Assembly (NCBI GenBank): GCA_000934665.2
Contig: KZ538014.1
Coordinates: 62,001 to 126,000, forward strand
Direction of reading: 5' to 3'
Length of the DNA stretch: 64,000 bases
Source of the DNA: Catajapyx aquilonaris
Lineage: Eukaryota
Shown here: positions 14,762 to 26,700 of the stretch, piece by piece
Position numbering within the stretch: the first letter of the stretch is position 1
How the letters are laid out: each line of letters starts with the position of its first letter
Notes under the pieces: generated by a model
The model's database searches: none
Seen by the model: the letters and a program-made list of their open reading frames with translations, nothing else
Told to the model about the DNA's origin: nothing
Program-made: the position numbers and the translations under genes

Positions 14762-14796
<35 letters not shown>
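14762..14796. repeat. (TAA)n microsatellite
   Basis: Direct reading. Confidence 0.95.
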
Positions 14797-14799
<3 letters not shown>

Positions 14800-15740
14800 A
14801 TTTCATGCCTTATCAATCAACTGATTACAATAATTTAGCGTTTTAGCCTCAACAACTGAGGCGGAAAAAATCAAGGCCATGCTTCTCCATATTCTTTAAC
14901 GACATGCTGTCTACATAGAGAAGGAATAATAAGTTGGCCTGGATAAAGGAATGGCATGGAGACGAAGGGGGAGATAGGGTTAGGTCGGTAATCCTATATC
15001 TCCACAGCCTCTCTTGATGTCTCCCACCCAACAACGTAGACGAATGAATGGTATGTGGTAAGTGGTGAGTTTGTTAATATGCAATTATGCACAACATGTG
15101 GAATGTTTCAAAGGTGCGTATTGTCCTCACCTGTCGAGCTCTGTTCGTAACATGAGGTCACCTTGGATTGTTCCAACATGATAAGGGTAATCTGAATAAC
15201 TTTGTGATGTGCTGCTCAGTACATAATTGATGGAGGAATGGGTGTGTGAATGTCATTAGTGAAAAACCAAGGGAAGAAACATGAATAACCTCAAGAATGG
15301 ACCGATATGACTTTATAGGCCTACAGAAACTCACTGATGTAGAAAGGTTATGTAACTTATATATTATTTGAAATTGCATTCTTAGAATAGGCCTAATCGC
15401 ATAACAGTACCGGTACATACAAATCGCTAAATATATTAAATATATTGCTTACCCACAGTCCCACACTGAATCAGGTGATAATATGCCAGATTCTTGTTCA
15501 GAATAAGGTCGTGGGTTACATTTGACCAACAAATTGTGGCACACTTGAATGCATACGTATTAAGGGAGAATATTATTGGGAAAATGAAACACTTGACAAG
15601 AAAGAAAACCCAATTACATTCAAATAATGGAAAACGTGTTAGTGCTATTACATTACGACATGCATAGAGTATACTGCAGGTATAAAAAGTTCGGCTAGAC
15701 ATCCTGGCGCTGCACTCATCAGTTTGTCACCCCCCCCCCT

Positions 15741-15751
15741 CACACACACAC

Positions 15752-15789
<38 letters not shown>
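15741..15789. repeat. (CA)n(GA)n compound microsatellite
   Basis: Direct reading; ~18 GA units. Confidence 0.95.
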
Positions 15790-15792
<3 letters not shown>

Positions 15793-16154
15793 ATCTTTGG
15801 CCAGTGCTGACGGTTGTTTAGCCGAAACTTTTTGACAACTACTGTAATACATAAACATAATTATGTAGCATTTCAAAATTAGTTGTGATTTTATGTCGCA
15901 TCGGAATTGTACTGTTTCTCACCAATTGGAGCCGTTTTCACCAGCACACGATTGCAGTAGAATAAGTACTGTAGTAACTCATTCATAATGCACAATGCAC
16001 ATGGTCTGTGTATAGCATTCGGTCGCAATGATTTTTATCAGAGTCTGAGATTTTTTTACTGATTCTCGGTCTGGTATATAGAACCGGTCCTAAATAGAAA
16101 AATTCAGCACGTTGAGTTTTCTCTATAGCTCACCCGCATAATGTGGAATATTAA

Positions 16155-16664
16155 GGCAATTTAAAATCGATAATATGCATAAAATGCCTTGAAAACATGT
16201 AGGCCACTGCCCTTTTATTCTGCTGCGATATATCTACACTGGCACAGTTCCAGGGTCTTTTAAAATGCCACTGTGTACAGTCGTATTTTAAGGAATTCTG
16301 GAACTGTGCTCCTATATAGATTCCTCTGACTTGCGGAACACATTGTGACACCGGTATTTTCAATGGATTTCATAGAATGAAGGAATTACCTAAAGTGAAA
16401 ATGTGTACGCGCCATCAAGTGTCGAGTAAATGAAATAAAGTTACAGTGCAGGTTTATTTGAGCCAAAGGGCATTTGATGGTGTGATTTGTAGGTTATCTG
16501 CCTGCCAGGAGGAGAAAAAGGTTCATAGCTATACAGTACATACATTATCTATACTGGGCAATAATTCTGGTTTGATGAAAAAATATTCGACTTTCTCTAT
16601 TGCATTATCTTTCACAAACTTGTATCAGATATACTTCAATCTTGCTGAAAAGATTTAAGCTGCC
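16155..16664. mobile_element. Possible TTAA-flanked (Kolobok-like) non-autonomous element
   Basis: TTAA-GGCAATTTAAAATC ... GATTTAAGCTGCC-TTAA; short degenerate TIRs only. Confidence 0.35.
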
Positions 16665-18479
16665 TTAAAAGAGCAGAAATGTTTCCAGGGTCCCAACTGT
16701 GCTTCCCCGCTTTTTTATGTTCTTCAGGGTGTTGGACCCAAAGTGAAGAGTCTAAGACGCTTTTTTGGAGGTAATCACAGAAGACAATGTCAATTCTGCT
16801 GGTCCTTGATGACGATCGTTCGATACAATATAGGCGAGGTCTGTTCCAGCCATGAATGTAGGATGAAAAGTATATGCACATTTTTTTTTCAAGTCTGGAT
16901 TGAAGGTTGGGAAAAATGTGAGCCCCCCCCCCCCTCTTCGTTGATATAACTAGTTGTCCTGGCAACACGACACTTTTAGTAGGAGACAGACATTTTTTTC
17001 AGTTATCTGAAGAAGTGTGAGTGTCATTTGTCTTTTCTATTGCGTTCGAATTGAGCGAAGGAGACGACAGAATTTGGTCAATTTCTTGAGTTACAAAGCG
17101 CGCATCCTGAATTGCGTCAGGTCTTCTTTATGGCGCCTGGGTCATTACTTACGTAGTCGTCCCTGAGTTTCGAAGGACATATTTTTCGGGAGTCGGACAT
17201 ATTTGACGCGAGCCTAAGAATAAATTTTGGCGGTGATTTCCACATCTGGAAAGTGCTGCCCTCAGCATCCTACAATCAACCATGGAATGTGACTAGTTAT
17301 TTACATAACGTTGTTAACCTCAAGTTTGAAAATGCTCGGGTAGATGTCATCACTGTCCCTGATGTTATAATGTCTGGAGTCATTTTTTTATATAGAAACG
17401 GTCATGTTTGATGCTAGACGTGGTGACGTGCTGCTGAGCTTATTAATTGTCGTGGATGTCAGCAGTTTGCAAGCCACGGCAGCGTAACATGGCGTGTGGA
17501 TTGCTACCAGTCATGTGCAGGTTTATGTGTCAGTCGCTATGAATTTGTGGGGTGTCATGTGGTAATGATAACAATACATCATAACGACTGCGTGCGCACG
17601 ATACGGCTCACAGATTCATAACTTTTGTTTTGATGAACAAAACTTTTGCTCAAATTTTTTTAATAAATATGTGTGTTGATAATAAACATCTGGCAAAGTT
17701 GTTTAAGAATATAACATTCTCGGCAAGTGTTGTGTTCAAAAAGGAAAATTGAATAAAGCTACCAGGGGAAAAGCGTTTTCCCCTTCCATTTGGGGTGTGT
17801 CACATGTGCAGCTGGTGCAATATGTGGGCACCGTATGGTAGCGGCCATTGTGACATTGTCTGAATAAAGATTAGCTTATAGCATTAAGGTCATATGCATG
17901 TGGGACACGTGGTGTGGACCCCCCCCCCCCTCCCCCACTAGCAAAATGGATCTACCGTAACAATAATATTGCGTAAAATGTGCAGCGTGTGCCGTAATTA
18001 TAAGGATATTTTCATACAAATAACATGCTCACGTGTTTCCCAATTACAGGGATACAATACGTTTTCATTTCAAATAATTGATAGCATCATATATGAAAAT
18101 CATAGTCGGAATGGGGGCTAACGGGATTGCGCTGGCTAGCATTCCCAACGCAAATGACTGTCCAGGATCCATAAATCTTGCGGCCTGGCTAGGATTGTCC
18201 ATTAGGTCACCATAAATAGTGCCCTAAAACGTGTCGGTATCGGAACAGAGGCCTTCACTTCCCTCATTTTAACTGGTATCTCAGAGATTTATGTTCGGTA
18301 CAAGGCTGGAATATCGATCGTGGAGCTGGTGTGAAGCTCCGGATATATGGACGGTCTGGATGGCTGCTTGTGCAAATCTGCCAAGTCGCTTTCAAACAAT
18401 AGATTTCCTATTCTCAAAGTCTTCCCTTCAGGCCCTAAAATACAGAAGTGTGTACCGCATACGAAATAATTCGCATATA

Positions 18480-18580
18480 AAGTAAAACCTGTCAAGTTGG
18501 ACAATAAATAAGTTGGACACCTTCTTATGTTGGACATATTAAATGGAACAGTCAGTATCCAACATACACAGGTTTTACTC
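18480..18580. mobile_element. pogo/Tigger-like MITE
   Basis: TA-AAGTAAAACCTGT ... ACAGGTTTTACTC-TA with internal repeated GTTGGACA subterminal motif. Confidence 0.65.
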
Positions 18581-20716
18581 TAATTTGTTAAACATATTGA
18601 TATGCAAAACGTATGTACAAGAAGCAAAGCGCATGCGTGTGAAACTTTTAAGTGCTCGAGTTGAAACTTTGATGATAGTAGAGCAGGTCTTTGGACTTTT
18701 TACTCATAGTTAGAGCAAGGTCCCGGATGCTTGTGTGGGTGTAATTACATCCATCAATCTGAAATGTAATGAAGTATTCACAAGTCCCACCTGCGAGATA
18801 TGAAAAATTAATCCAGGGGCCTAAGAGGCAGTGCCAGTTTCCCCTCCTTGGCGAATCCTTTTCATTTCTCGCCAAGTTTTTCCTAGTTCTACTTCCTCCT
18901 CAAGACTTCCAACCGCGAAAACTTTTCCTCCATTTTGTCTTACTAAGTTGATGAAACCTTACGTAGGGCGTGCACGCTCCAAAGCTGTTCCCACTAAAAA
19001 AAATTTATTGTTCCATGTAATACCACCTCAATGTCGGGCTTGTTTGGCGAACTTGTCTCACGAGGCTGTGGAGGAGGCTTTTTCCTCATTCGCCTGCTCC
19101 AAATGGAATGAGTCTGCGCTGGTCTACCTCTAGGCGAATCAAGCTACAGAGGATTCCCTCTTCTCCCCATATCTTCTCTCCTTCTTCTTTCCATCCTCCT
19201 TGCTTCCGGGGGAAAAGGGGGGGGGGGGTAAAAAAAGACACATCGTGTGAGGGAAATTGCCACCCAAGGAGAAGAAAAGACCAGGTCTGAGGGAGACAAA
19301 ATACGTAGGATTTGCCAGGAATTAGCTGGTGAAAGGAGAGCAAATGAAAAGGTTGGACTCCCTCCTCCACTCCTAGGATCACATATTTTCACCCCCTCTC
19401 TTTTCCTACCCCCCTTTATTTAACTTATATGATGGCATCTAACAACGTGGCAGGCCCTTCATGTAGGCCTAATCACTGGCCATGCCACCACTGAGCCTCA
19501 CTTCGCTTTTATTCCTCATCTTCATCTCGTAGCCTTATAGAACTGGCCATAGAGGAGGAACGTGGACGAAATACTGATCTGGAGGTGTCAGAAGCGGGAT
19601 CATTCATGGAGGGGAAAAAGGGGAGAGTGGGGGAAGGGGGAGAGAAAATGTATGGATTCTCCCCTCTGCTTCCCTCCATCCTCATTTAACCCACAACCCG
19701 CAACCCAGCCTCTTGAAGCATGCAGTGCATTTATGATGAGTCTCATCTAGGCAGGGAATAGTTGTGGGCCTGCCAATGTTCCTCTTTGCGGTCGAAGACT
19801 ATTTTTTTCAGGAATAGGAGGAGGGGGCTTTTTTGGATGGACATCGCCGCCAAATAGTTGGAGGGAGGTGTGAAATGAGATTCCAGGGCCAAATGGCAAC
19901 GGAGACACTTCTCCTTTCCCTCGGCACTTGGGATTATCGGTCTCCGGCCAGCCTGTCCTCTTAACTTTTTCTTTTGTCATCCTGACTCATTCCAATAGCT
20001 CCCTTGGAGATCAGGCGAGCCCTTGAATTGTTTGTATGGCTATCACCCCCCAGTGGTATGCCCAGAAATTTTTTAAAGGGCCTACGCTCTCTCCAGAAAA
20101 TTTTAGAATCACGAATTCATGAGATTGCTACAGGCCTACGGGATATAACCCGATAGCGAGTGAGCAAATTTAGCAGCATAATAAAGCAGCATTGCACCTA
20201 TCACGCAGTAACAACAACGACAACAAAAACATCACAATGTTTTCTCATGAAAGGGGCAGTCAGCGATAAAGAAGACACAAATAATTAATTTAAAGAAAGC
20301 TAAGCACATCATACACATTAAGAAGTGACATTCAATGCAATAACATTACTTATGCAGTAATATTGTTATGCATAGAAGTCTCTGGCAGCATTCTTAATTG
20401 GAGCTCCAGAATTCTTTGTATCATGTGAAGAGTGAGAGAACGCTGATATTGTAGCTGTTATGATCATTCCTATTTAGGTCAGGGACTAATTTAGACAATT
20501 TGGTCATATGATTAAAAGCAATTTCTTTCATAGCACATAACGAGTTTGGGTGGAAGAAAGAGAAGTTATCCCATACGTTTCCTTTTTGGAGAATTATCAA
20601 AAACACACTACAAGCTAATATTTTAGTGGGAATATTCCATAGATTTATTTACTGTGTGGGCGGGGCATCGCTTGAATATTCTATATTCTATTTTTTGCTG
20701 AATTATTAGCCATTAA

Positions 20717-20819
20717 GGGCCGGTTGCATCTGATCCTTATTTGGCCGTCAAATAGAGATGATACGAATATATTCGAAATCTGATATGATTACTGAATCCA
20801 GGGCTGGCACAACCGGCCC
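20717..20819. mobile_element. PIF/Harbinger (Tourist-like) MITE
   Basis: TIR GGGCCGGTTG/CAACCGGCCC, TAA TSD on both sides. Confidence 0.75.
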
Positions 20820-21214
20820 TAAAATTAAGGAAATCCTTAATATTTTGCCCCAACACCACTAAGCGGAGGGTGGAATAATTACCCTTTCCCAGCCGTACCA
20901 TTTCATATGGAAAAAAACCAAGTAATTGAAGATATCTCAAAGATCATAGTTTTGTGTCACTTAATGGCTCTGAAAACAACACAGCCTGTTTTTTCTCAGT
21001 AGCCAAGTCCTTAAGATGCTTTCATGTTATGTTCAGATGTAGATTGATTGATAACTTTCATATACTCACATTATTAACCCTGAAAAATTTGCTGGGAGGA
21101 ACATACTGTACAGACAATTACAGATTTTTTTGCCTTCCCTATAATAATACCCACACCATATCACTAATTTGTACAAGCAATATCATGCATTTGATATCAG
21201 GATTTGCCGTCTAA

Positions 21215-21340
21215 GGGCCGGTTTCACCGAGCTTGGTATATGATAAAACCAGGTTTCTTTAGGAAAATCCATACAAATAGATAGGGATTTTGAGAAAGAA
21301 CCCTGGTTTTATCATATACTGAGCTCGGTGAAACCGGCCC
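21215..21340. mobile_element. PIF/Harbinger (Tourist-like) MITE, palindromic
   Basis: TIR GGGCCGGTTTCACCGAGCT..., TAA TSD; related copy at 61010-61136. Confidence 0.88.
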
Positions 21341-23036
21341 TAAGCCTTGACTCAAGGGTGTATCAATTGCCAAATTTGACCCCCATACAGTTTAGTGTTG
21401 TCTGGGCATGCTTTAATGCCCAGATCAGCATTTTATACGGTTCAACTCTCGGTGGAGATGACGAGGTGAGTCAATAAAGACCTTCGTTTCTTACCAATAT
21501 CATAGGAAAAACTGTGGTCCTCTTTTTTCCAGGTGAGAGTGCTAGGTTAATATTAGTCCTGTTATAAGTATTACTAGAATTATCCTTAAATTTATGTGTT
21601 CGTCTGCTGTCAAAGCTCAATGACTTATTTCACTAAAATATGGGGTGTTGTGATATTATTTTTTGTCCGACTTATAAACACGGCTGTAACCAATCTACGA
21701 TATAAGGTTTTTATAAGGCATTTCTTTTTTGCATAATGTGGTAGTTTAATGGATGTGAATATTCATGATCTAAAAGACGGTTGAGGTGATTACTCATATG
21801 TGAATGGGATCGAGCACATGTTTTGGGTTCACCATCGGTCCTGAATATCTTTTTAAAGGTAATACCTTTGACATTGTGTGCACCTTGCTTGAATAAAGAA
21901 TCCTAACTCTTCGCAAGTCATACCAATGACTCTGAGAGTCACATTGTTAGGATCATACTGTAAAACACATGTTCCTGACACAAAAACACTTCCCGTTGGT
22001 GATTTGAATCATATGAATCTGTCCTAAACTCCTAATGGCCAGGACTTAAGCCTCTATACCTGTTATTGGGTACGTTGGATCATGTGACTAGCAACAATGG
22101 TGCAATATAGCAATTAAGTACCCTACCAATAGTACGGTAGTGCTCTCAACTATATACTGTAGTAGCAAAGACGATAATGTGACTCTCATCAGCAATGAAC
22201 TAACTTACACTTATACTACTGTTATAGCAGTCAGGAAAAAGAGAAGTCAGGGGTTTTTCTTAAGTATATAGTTTTGGCACAAATATGATCAATTATGAAG
22301 ATCTGAAATGCAGAACAATCAAAGTCACACTATGCAGGCGAGAAATGAAATTAACATCGTAGAAGGCGAAGACGATAATTTGCCTATATAGTTGAAGCAA
22401 TAGGTGGGCAAGTTATTAATTAATTACTTCAAATGGTTTGAAGTGACATGTTCCCCTTTGCAAGTATACCTCTAGACATTGCATAAAGTCAAAGTCATCC
22501 AACCGCAGTCAGGCAGGTCCTACTATACAGTATATAAGTAGTTGATTTGTCACAGTGGTTATCATTTTTGTGGGCAATAAGCCAATAAGCGAATTTCCTG
22601 TAATTTTGTGGAAATTTCGCAGAAGGCTTCTCATTTCGGGAACGTCAGAATATTATTAATACTTCAACAACCACATCATAACAATCCGAGAAGACACAAG
22701 ATAATACACCAAATCAGGCGTAAATACACTACACATAAACTGACGAAAATGGGCCACTAATAAGCTTAGATAAGCTAGATTCATATTATAATAAAGAAAC
22801 TGGGAAAACTGACACCAGATATTATGTTCCATGTAATTAATTGTACTATCGCTCACATGACCCTATACCGGTATGACACTCATCATGAAGCAACTTGCAT
22901 TTCCTTAACTTATAGCGTAGAATTCTTTGAAATTTAACGGTCAATATACTGGCCACCGCCATCAATATAATGTTCAGTTTTTTCACTAGTATTTTGGTTT
23001 AAAAAGGAGTTCCTAAGAGGAGTCTTTCCAGGGCGA

Positions 23037-23332
23037 CCGAAGCAGTAGTGGTGTAGCGGTATGGTGTCCGACTGCTAATCGGGAGGTCCTGGGTTCGAAT
23101 CCCGGAGGCCGGCGACCCTGACCATGGTTTTCTGTGGTTTCCCATGGTCCTTGCAGGATAATTCCGGGGTCGTTACCGTAATATAGGCCACAGCCGCCTC
23201 CTTCCTTCCCTTTCCCTGCTTCATTCCGGTGATGAGAAAAATAGTAAAAATTGGAAGAGTTCCGGACAAAAAATTGGGAGAAATCCCCCCCTAGGAAAGC
23301 CCGTAGGCTGATATGGGGTATCAAATTATTAT
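23037..23332 (+). mobile_element. tRNA-derived SINE, full length, with 16-bp TSD
   Basis: tRNA-like head (TGGTGTAGCGG A-box-like; GGTTCGAATCCC B box), body shared with two neighbouring copies, ATT tail; TSD AGTCTTTCCAGGGCGA at 23021-23036 and 23333-23348. Confidence 0.9.
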
Positions 23333-23563
23333 AGTCTTTCCAGGGCGAGACAATCACGGATCTCATTGTGTTATAAGGTAACTCCAGCCAAAAGGCACAG
23401 GTAGCTAATTAGTCCACTTGGTTATTCTTGGCCCATTATGAAAGCGTGGCAATAAATGGCCCTAATTGACATCCACTGGAACCACCCTTTTCCATGGCTA
23501 TAATATGATTTCGACTATATTCGGATACAGTAATGGTAGTTTCCCTGCCAATTTCTATGCATT

Positions 23564-23856
23564 ACAATAAATAATAATTCATACCCCGTTATCAGCCATC
23601 GGCTGTTTAGAGGGGAAGTTTGTTTTTACCTGAAACTCTTTGCTTTTCATTTTACTGCGCTCTTTGGGATAGGATAGGGACGGAAGGAAGCGGCTGTGGC
23701 CTATTAATTACGGAAGCAACTCCGGAATTTTCCTGGAAGGACCGTGGGAAACCACATAAAACCACGGTCAGAGTTGCCGGCACCGGGATTTGATCCCAGG
23801 ACCTCCCGATTAGCAGTCGGACACCATTTCCCCTCCTCCAAACTGCTTCGGTTACT
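23564..23856 (-). mobile_element. tRNA-derived SINE, same family, inverted, 14-bp TSD
   Basis: Reverse complement aligns to the 23037 copy (CCGAAGCAGT...TGGTGTCCGACTGCTAATCGGGAGGTCCTGGG...AGGCCACAGCCGC); TSD AATTTCTATGCATT at 23550-23563 and 23857-23870. Confidence 0.9.
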
Positions 23857-24106
23857 AATTTCTATGCATTTATTGGTTTGATTTTCGTAACTTGGAGGAC
23901 CACAACTCACTGAAGGGGAGTTCAAATCCGCAATTTGATATGTGCATTTGAAAGAAACTTTAATGAGTTCCGAAATAGTCATACTCATGCTTAGATAAAT
24001 CACACATTGTATATCTAAAATGGGGCACAAATGGTTAAATTTTATTTTTCTCATTATTTGACCCATGCGATATCTTGTGAATGGTATGCATATAATAAAG
24101 AGAACA

Positions 24107-24317
24107 TATCCCGGGGCCGGCGACCCTGTCCATGGTTTTCTGTGGTTTTCCATGGTCCCCCCCAGGACAATTCCGGGGTAGTTTCCGTAAAAATAGGCCA
24201 CAGCCGCTTCCTTCCTTCCCTATCCCTGGTCCCATCCAATGGTGGTAATCCACCCCGCTAAGAGAGCCAAAGGCTCTAGCACGGGGTATGATAAATAAAA
24301 TAAATAAATAATAATGA
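24107..24317 (+). mobile_element. 5'-truncated SINE of the same family, 15-bp TSD
   Basis: Starts at the 3' end of the tRNA head (TCCCGG..GCCGGCGACCCTG), same body, A/T-rich tail; TSD ATAATAAAGAGAACA at 24092-24106 and 24318-24332. Confidence 0.88.
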
Positions 24318-25273
24318 ATAATAAAGAGAACACTGTCTACTTGAGGCATACTCAAAATCTTATGCTATTTTTGAAGCTCTGTTGCCATCATATTAATGGG
24401 GCAATCCGCCACCTACGAAGTCCGTACCCGTTTTCCTTCCGTATAACTCGCTAGAAATTATATCACATCAAAAAAATCGAAAAGTGGTTTAGGAAGCTCT
24501 TTCCAAGGTCTAAACCTGATCGAACTCAATTGTTAATTTGCTACATCATGGGATCCAAATTTTGGGTGTTATACCTTACCCTTTTCCCTTTATCAACCGC
24601 TATACGATTTATTTTGAATGGAGCTTAAAATAAAGCTAACGATGTCTACAGCGCACAATATAGAGGTCCTAAATAGATATCATGCTAATTTCAGTAATTT
24701 GTAATGAAGTAACCGAAGAAGCGCCGGCACAATTGCACAAAGTCACTAAAAATAGTGTTTCTGCCATTCAGATTTTGCGCACGAAAACACAACAATATTT
24801 ACCCTTTCAATTAAGAACAATTCAAAAAATGCGAGTGTCAACTCATGAAAAATGTCAAAATCATAATTTTTGACGGAATTGTAAATGTGGCAATATAAAA
24901 ATTGGGCGTAATTTTTGTCCCTGCAAAGATACTGCTAGCAGCCTGCTACTAATAATCTGGATTCTTCCATATACAGTAAGCTTTATCATGGGTTACCAGT
25001 GTTGTTGGATAGCATCACCCAACAATAAGAGTAATCAGTGTTTATAAAAGAACACTGCTTACTCTTATTGTTGGGTGAGGGCATCTCCATGAAAACTTGA
25101 ATAGTGGAAAGTTCCAATGGTGCATTCTCAGGTGTCCTTTGACTACAGAAGTATATGTTATTAGCAGGTGGGACGAAAATTCCACCTTTGTGTTTGACCA
25201 CTTGTCAAAACCAAATCCCTTGTTCACTTTTGTAACAATGATTGCAGAGTAATGGCATAGTTGACATAGTTAA

Positions 25274-25784
25274 CCCTTTCATTCCTGAATTTTTTGGGCC
25301 GTTTCTTCTCTTTTTGAAAAAAAATTTGTAGTAGGAGTGATATAATGAAAAACAATATGCTTCAATATTTATCATTTTTACTCGTGGTGGTCCTTTGAAA
25401 TGTAAAAATGCCAAAAACATTCACCTACAGGGTGTTCCAGAAAAAAAATTTAAATGACATTAACTTTAAATGCAATTAAATTAATTTCAAATTTTAAAAT
25501 CACTATAAAATTGTTACGATGGTTGCAAAATAATACTAAAACACTGTACTATGAGAAATTCCTAAGCGTCCAGACTTATGGGACACCCTGTAATTATGCC
25601 GCCGGGTGGGGGGTTGTTTACCGTTCAAGGGCGCGAGCAAAATATAACAATCCGACTTTGTGGGTGCTGAGTCACCATCCACTAGATGGCACAAGAAGTT
25701 TGACCCACAAAGTTTGCCTTCTGCATGCGAACGCTTTGCCGCCAGATTAATTGTTGCCATATGGCAACAGTGGGAATGAAAGGG
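25274..25784. mobile_element. piggyBac-like MITE (TTAA TSD) with nested element
   Basis: TTAA-CCCTTTCATTCC ... GGAATGAAAGGG-TTAA. Confidence 0.8.
25428..25590. mobile_element. Tc1/mariner-type MITE nested in the piggyBac-like element
   Basis: TA-CAGGGTGTTCCA ... TGGGACACCCTG-TA. Confidence 0.7.
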
Positions 25785-26683
25785 TTAAAATGACAAAGAC
25801 GTTCACAAGAGCAACAATAATATCGGGCACAGCAGTCAGAAAAATAATTGATACTTATAAATACTTAACACTGTGCTAAAAATTCTTAATAATATATTTA
25901 ACACAAATATTTTCAAGTGTTCTATACCACTGCAAAATATAGAGAGTGACAAATGACATTCCAGTTTTACCCCATTATGAAATCCAGTTTTAAATGTCCA
26001 AGCCTGACTCTCTGAAATTGTCATACCGCGGTTGATGTTTAGCAATAAAATGCACTGGTTATAGCACTTTCTCTGCATGTAAGCACGCCAATGACTAGCC
26101 CTCGACATATCTGGCCCTTCTGTACCTTCATTAGCAACAAAATGTCTGGAACGCCGTAACAGATATTTCGCGCCAAAAGTTTGCCATCCGAATATTTTTC
26201 TCTCTATAGAACTTGGAATTAGGCCATAAGTACTAGTGGCTGCAGGCCAGCAGACGCAGCGCGGTTCCCATTGATTACATAGCGCGTTAATTATTGGGTC
26301 CGCTTAATTAAAGTATCTGGAAGGAAGGAAGGAAAGGTCGTTGGCGTGCAGGAGACGAGCCTAGCATGGAAATGAACCCGAATGGTCCAGAAGGAAGGAA
26401 GGAAGAAGAAAAAAAAATCACGACCCCCCTCCCCCTCTTTCCTCCTCCCTAGTCTTGGCACTTCCACCTCACCACCTTTTGATGAAGCCCAGTAGGTCGG
26501 TCCAAGGGAATGCAAATGCCGCTTCCAGCTCCCACTAGATCTCCTTTACAAGGCCCTTGGATGAAGCTCCTTTATTCTAGAGGCTCCGCTCTGTGGAACT
26601 GGCACTTTGCATTACACCAAGTGTTTTATGAACACCATCAAGTGCAGATACGAGATGTATTGGATCAGGAATTGGGGATGGTC

Positions 26684-26700
26684 GCGCCACCAGGGGGCTA
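26684..26700. promoter_or_regulatory. CTCF-like motif (candidate boundary site)
   Basis: GCGCCACCAGGGGGCTA, close to the CCACCAGGGGGC core. Motif match only. Confidence 0.5.

Noticed and set aside
23037..23110. Functional tRNA-Ser(GCT) gene
   Set aside because: No intact acceptor stem or long variable arm; it continues into a SINE body flanked by a TSD.
23013..24355. Similar-looking ORFs (WETTENHGQGRRP) suggesting a gene family
   Set aside because: These are translations of repeated SINE bodies.
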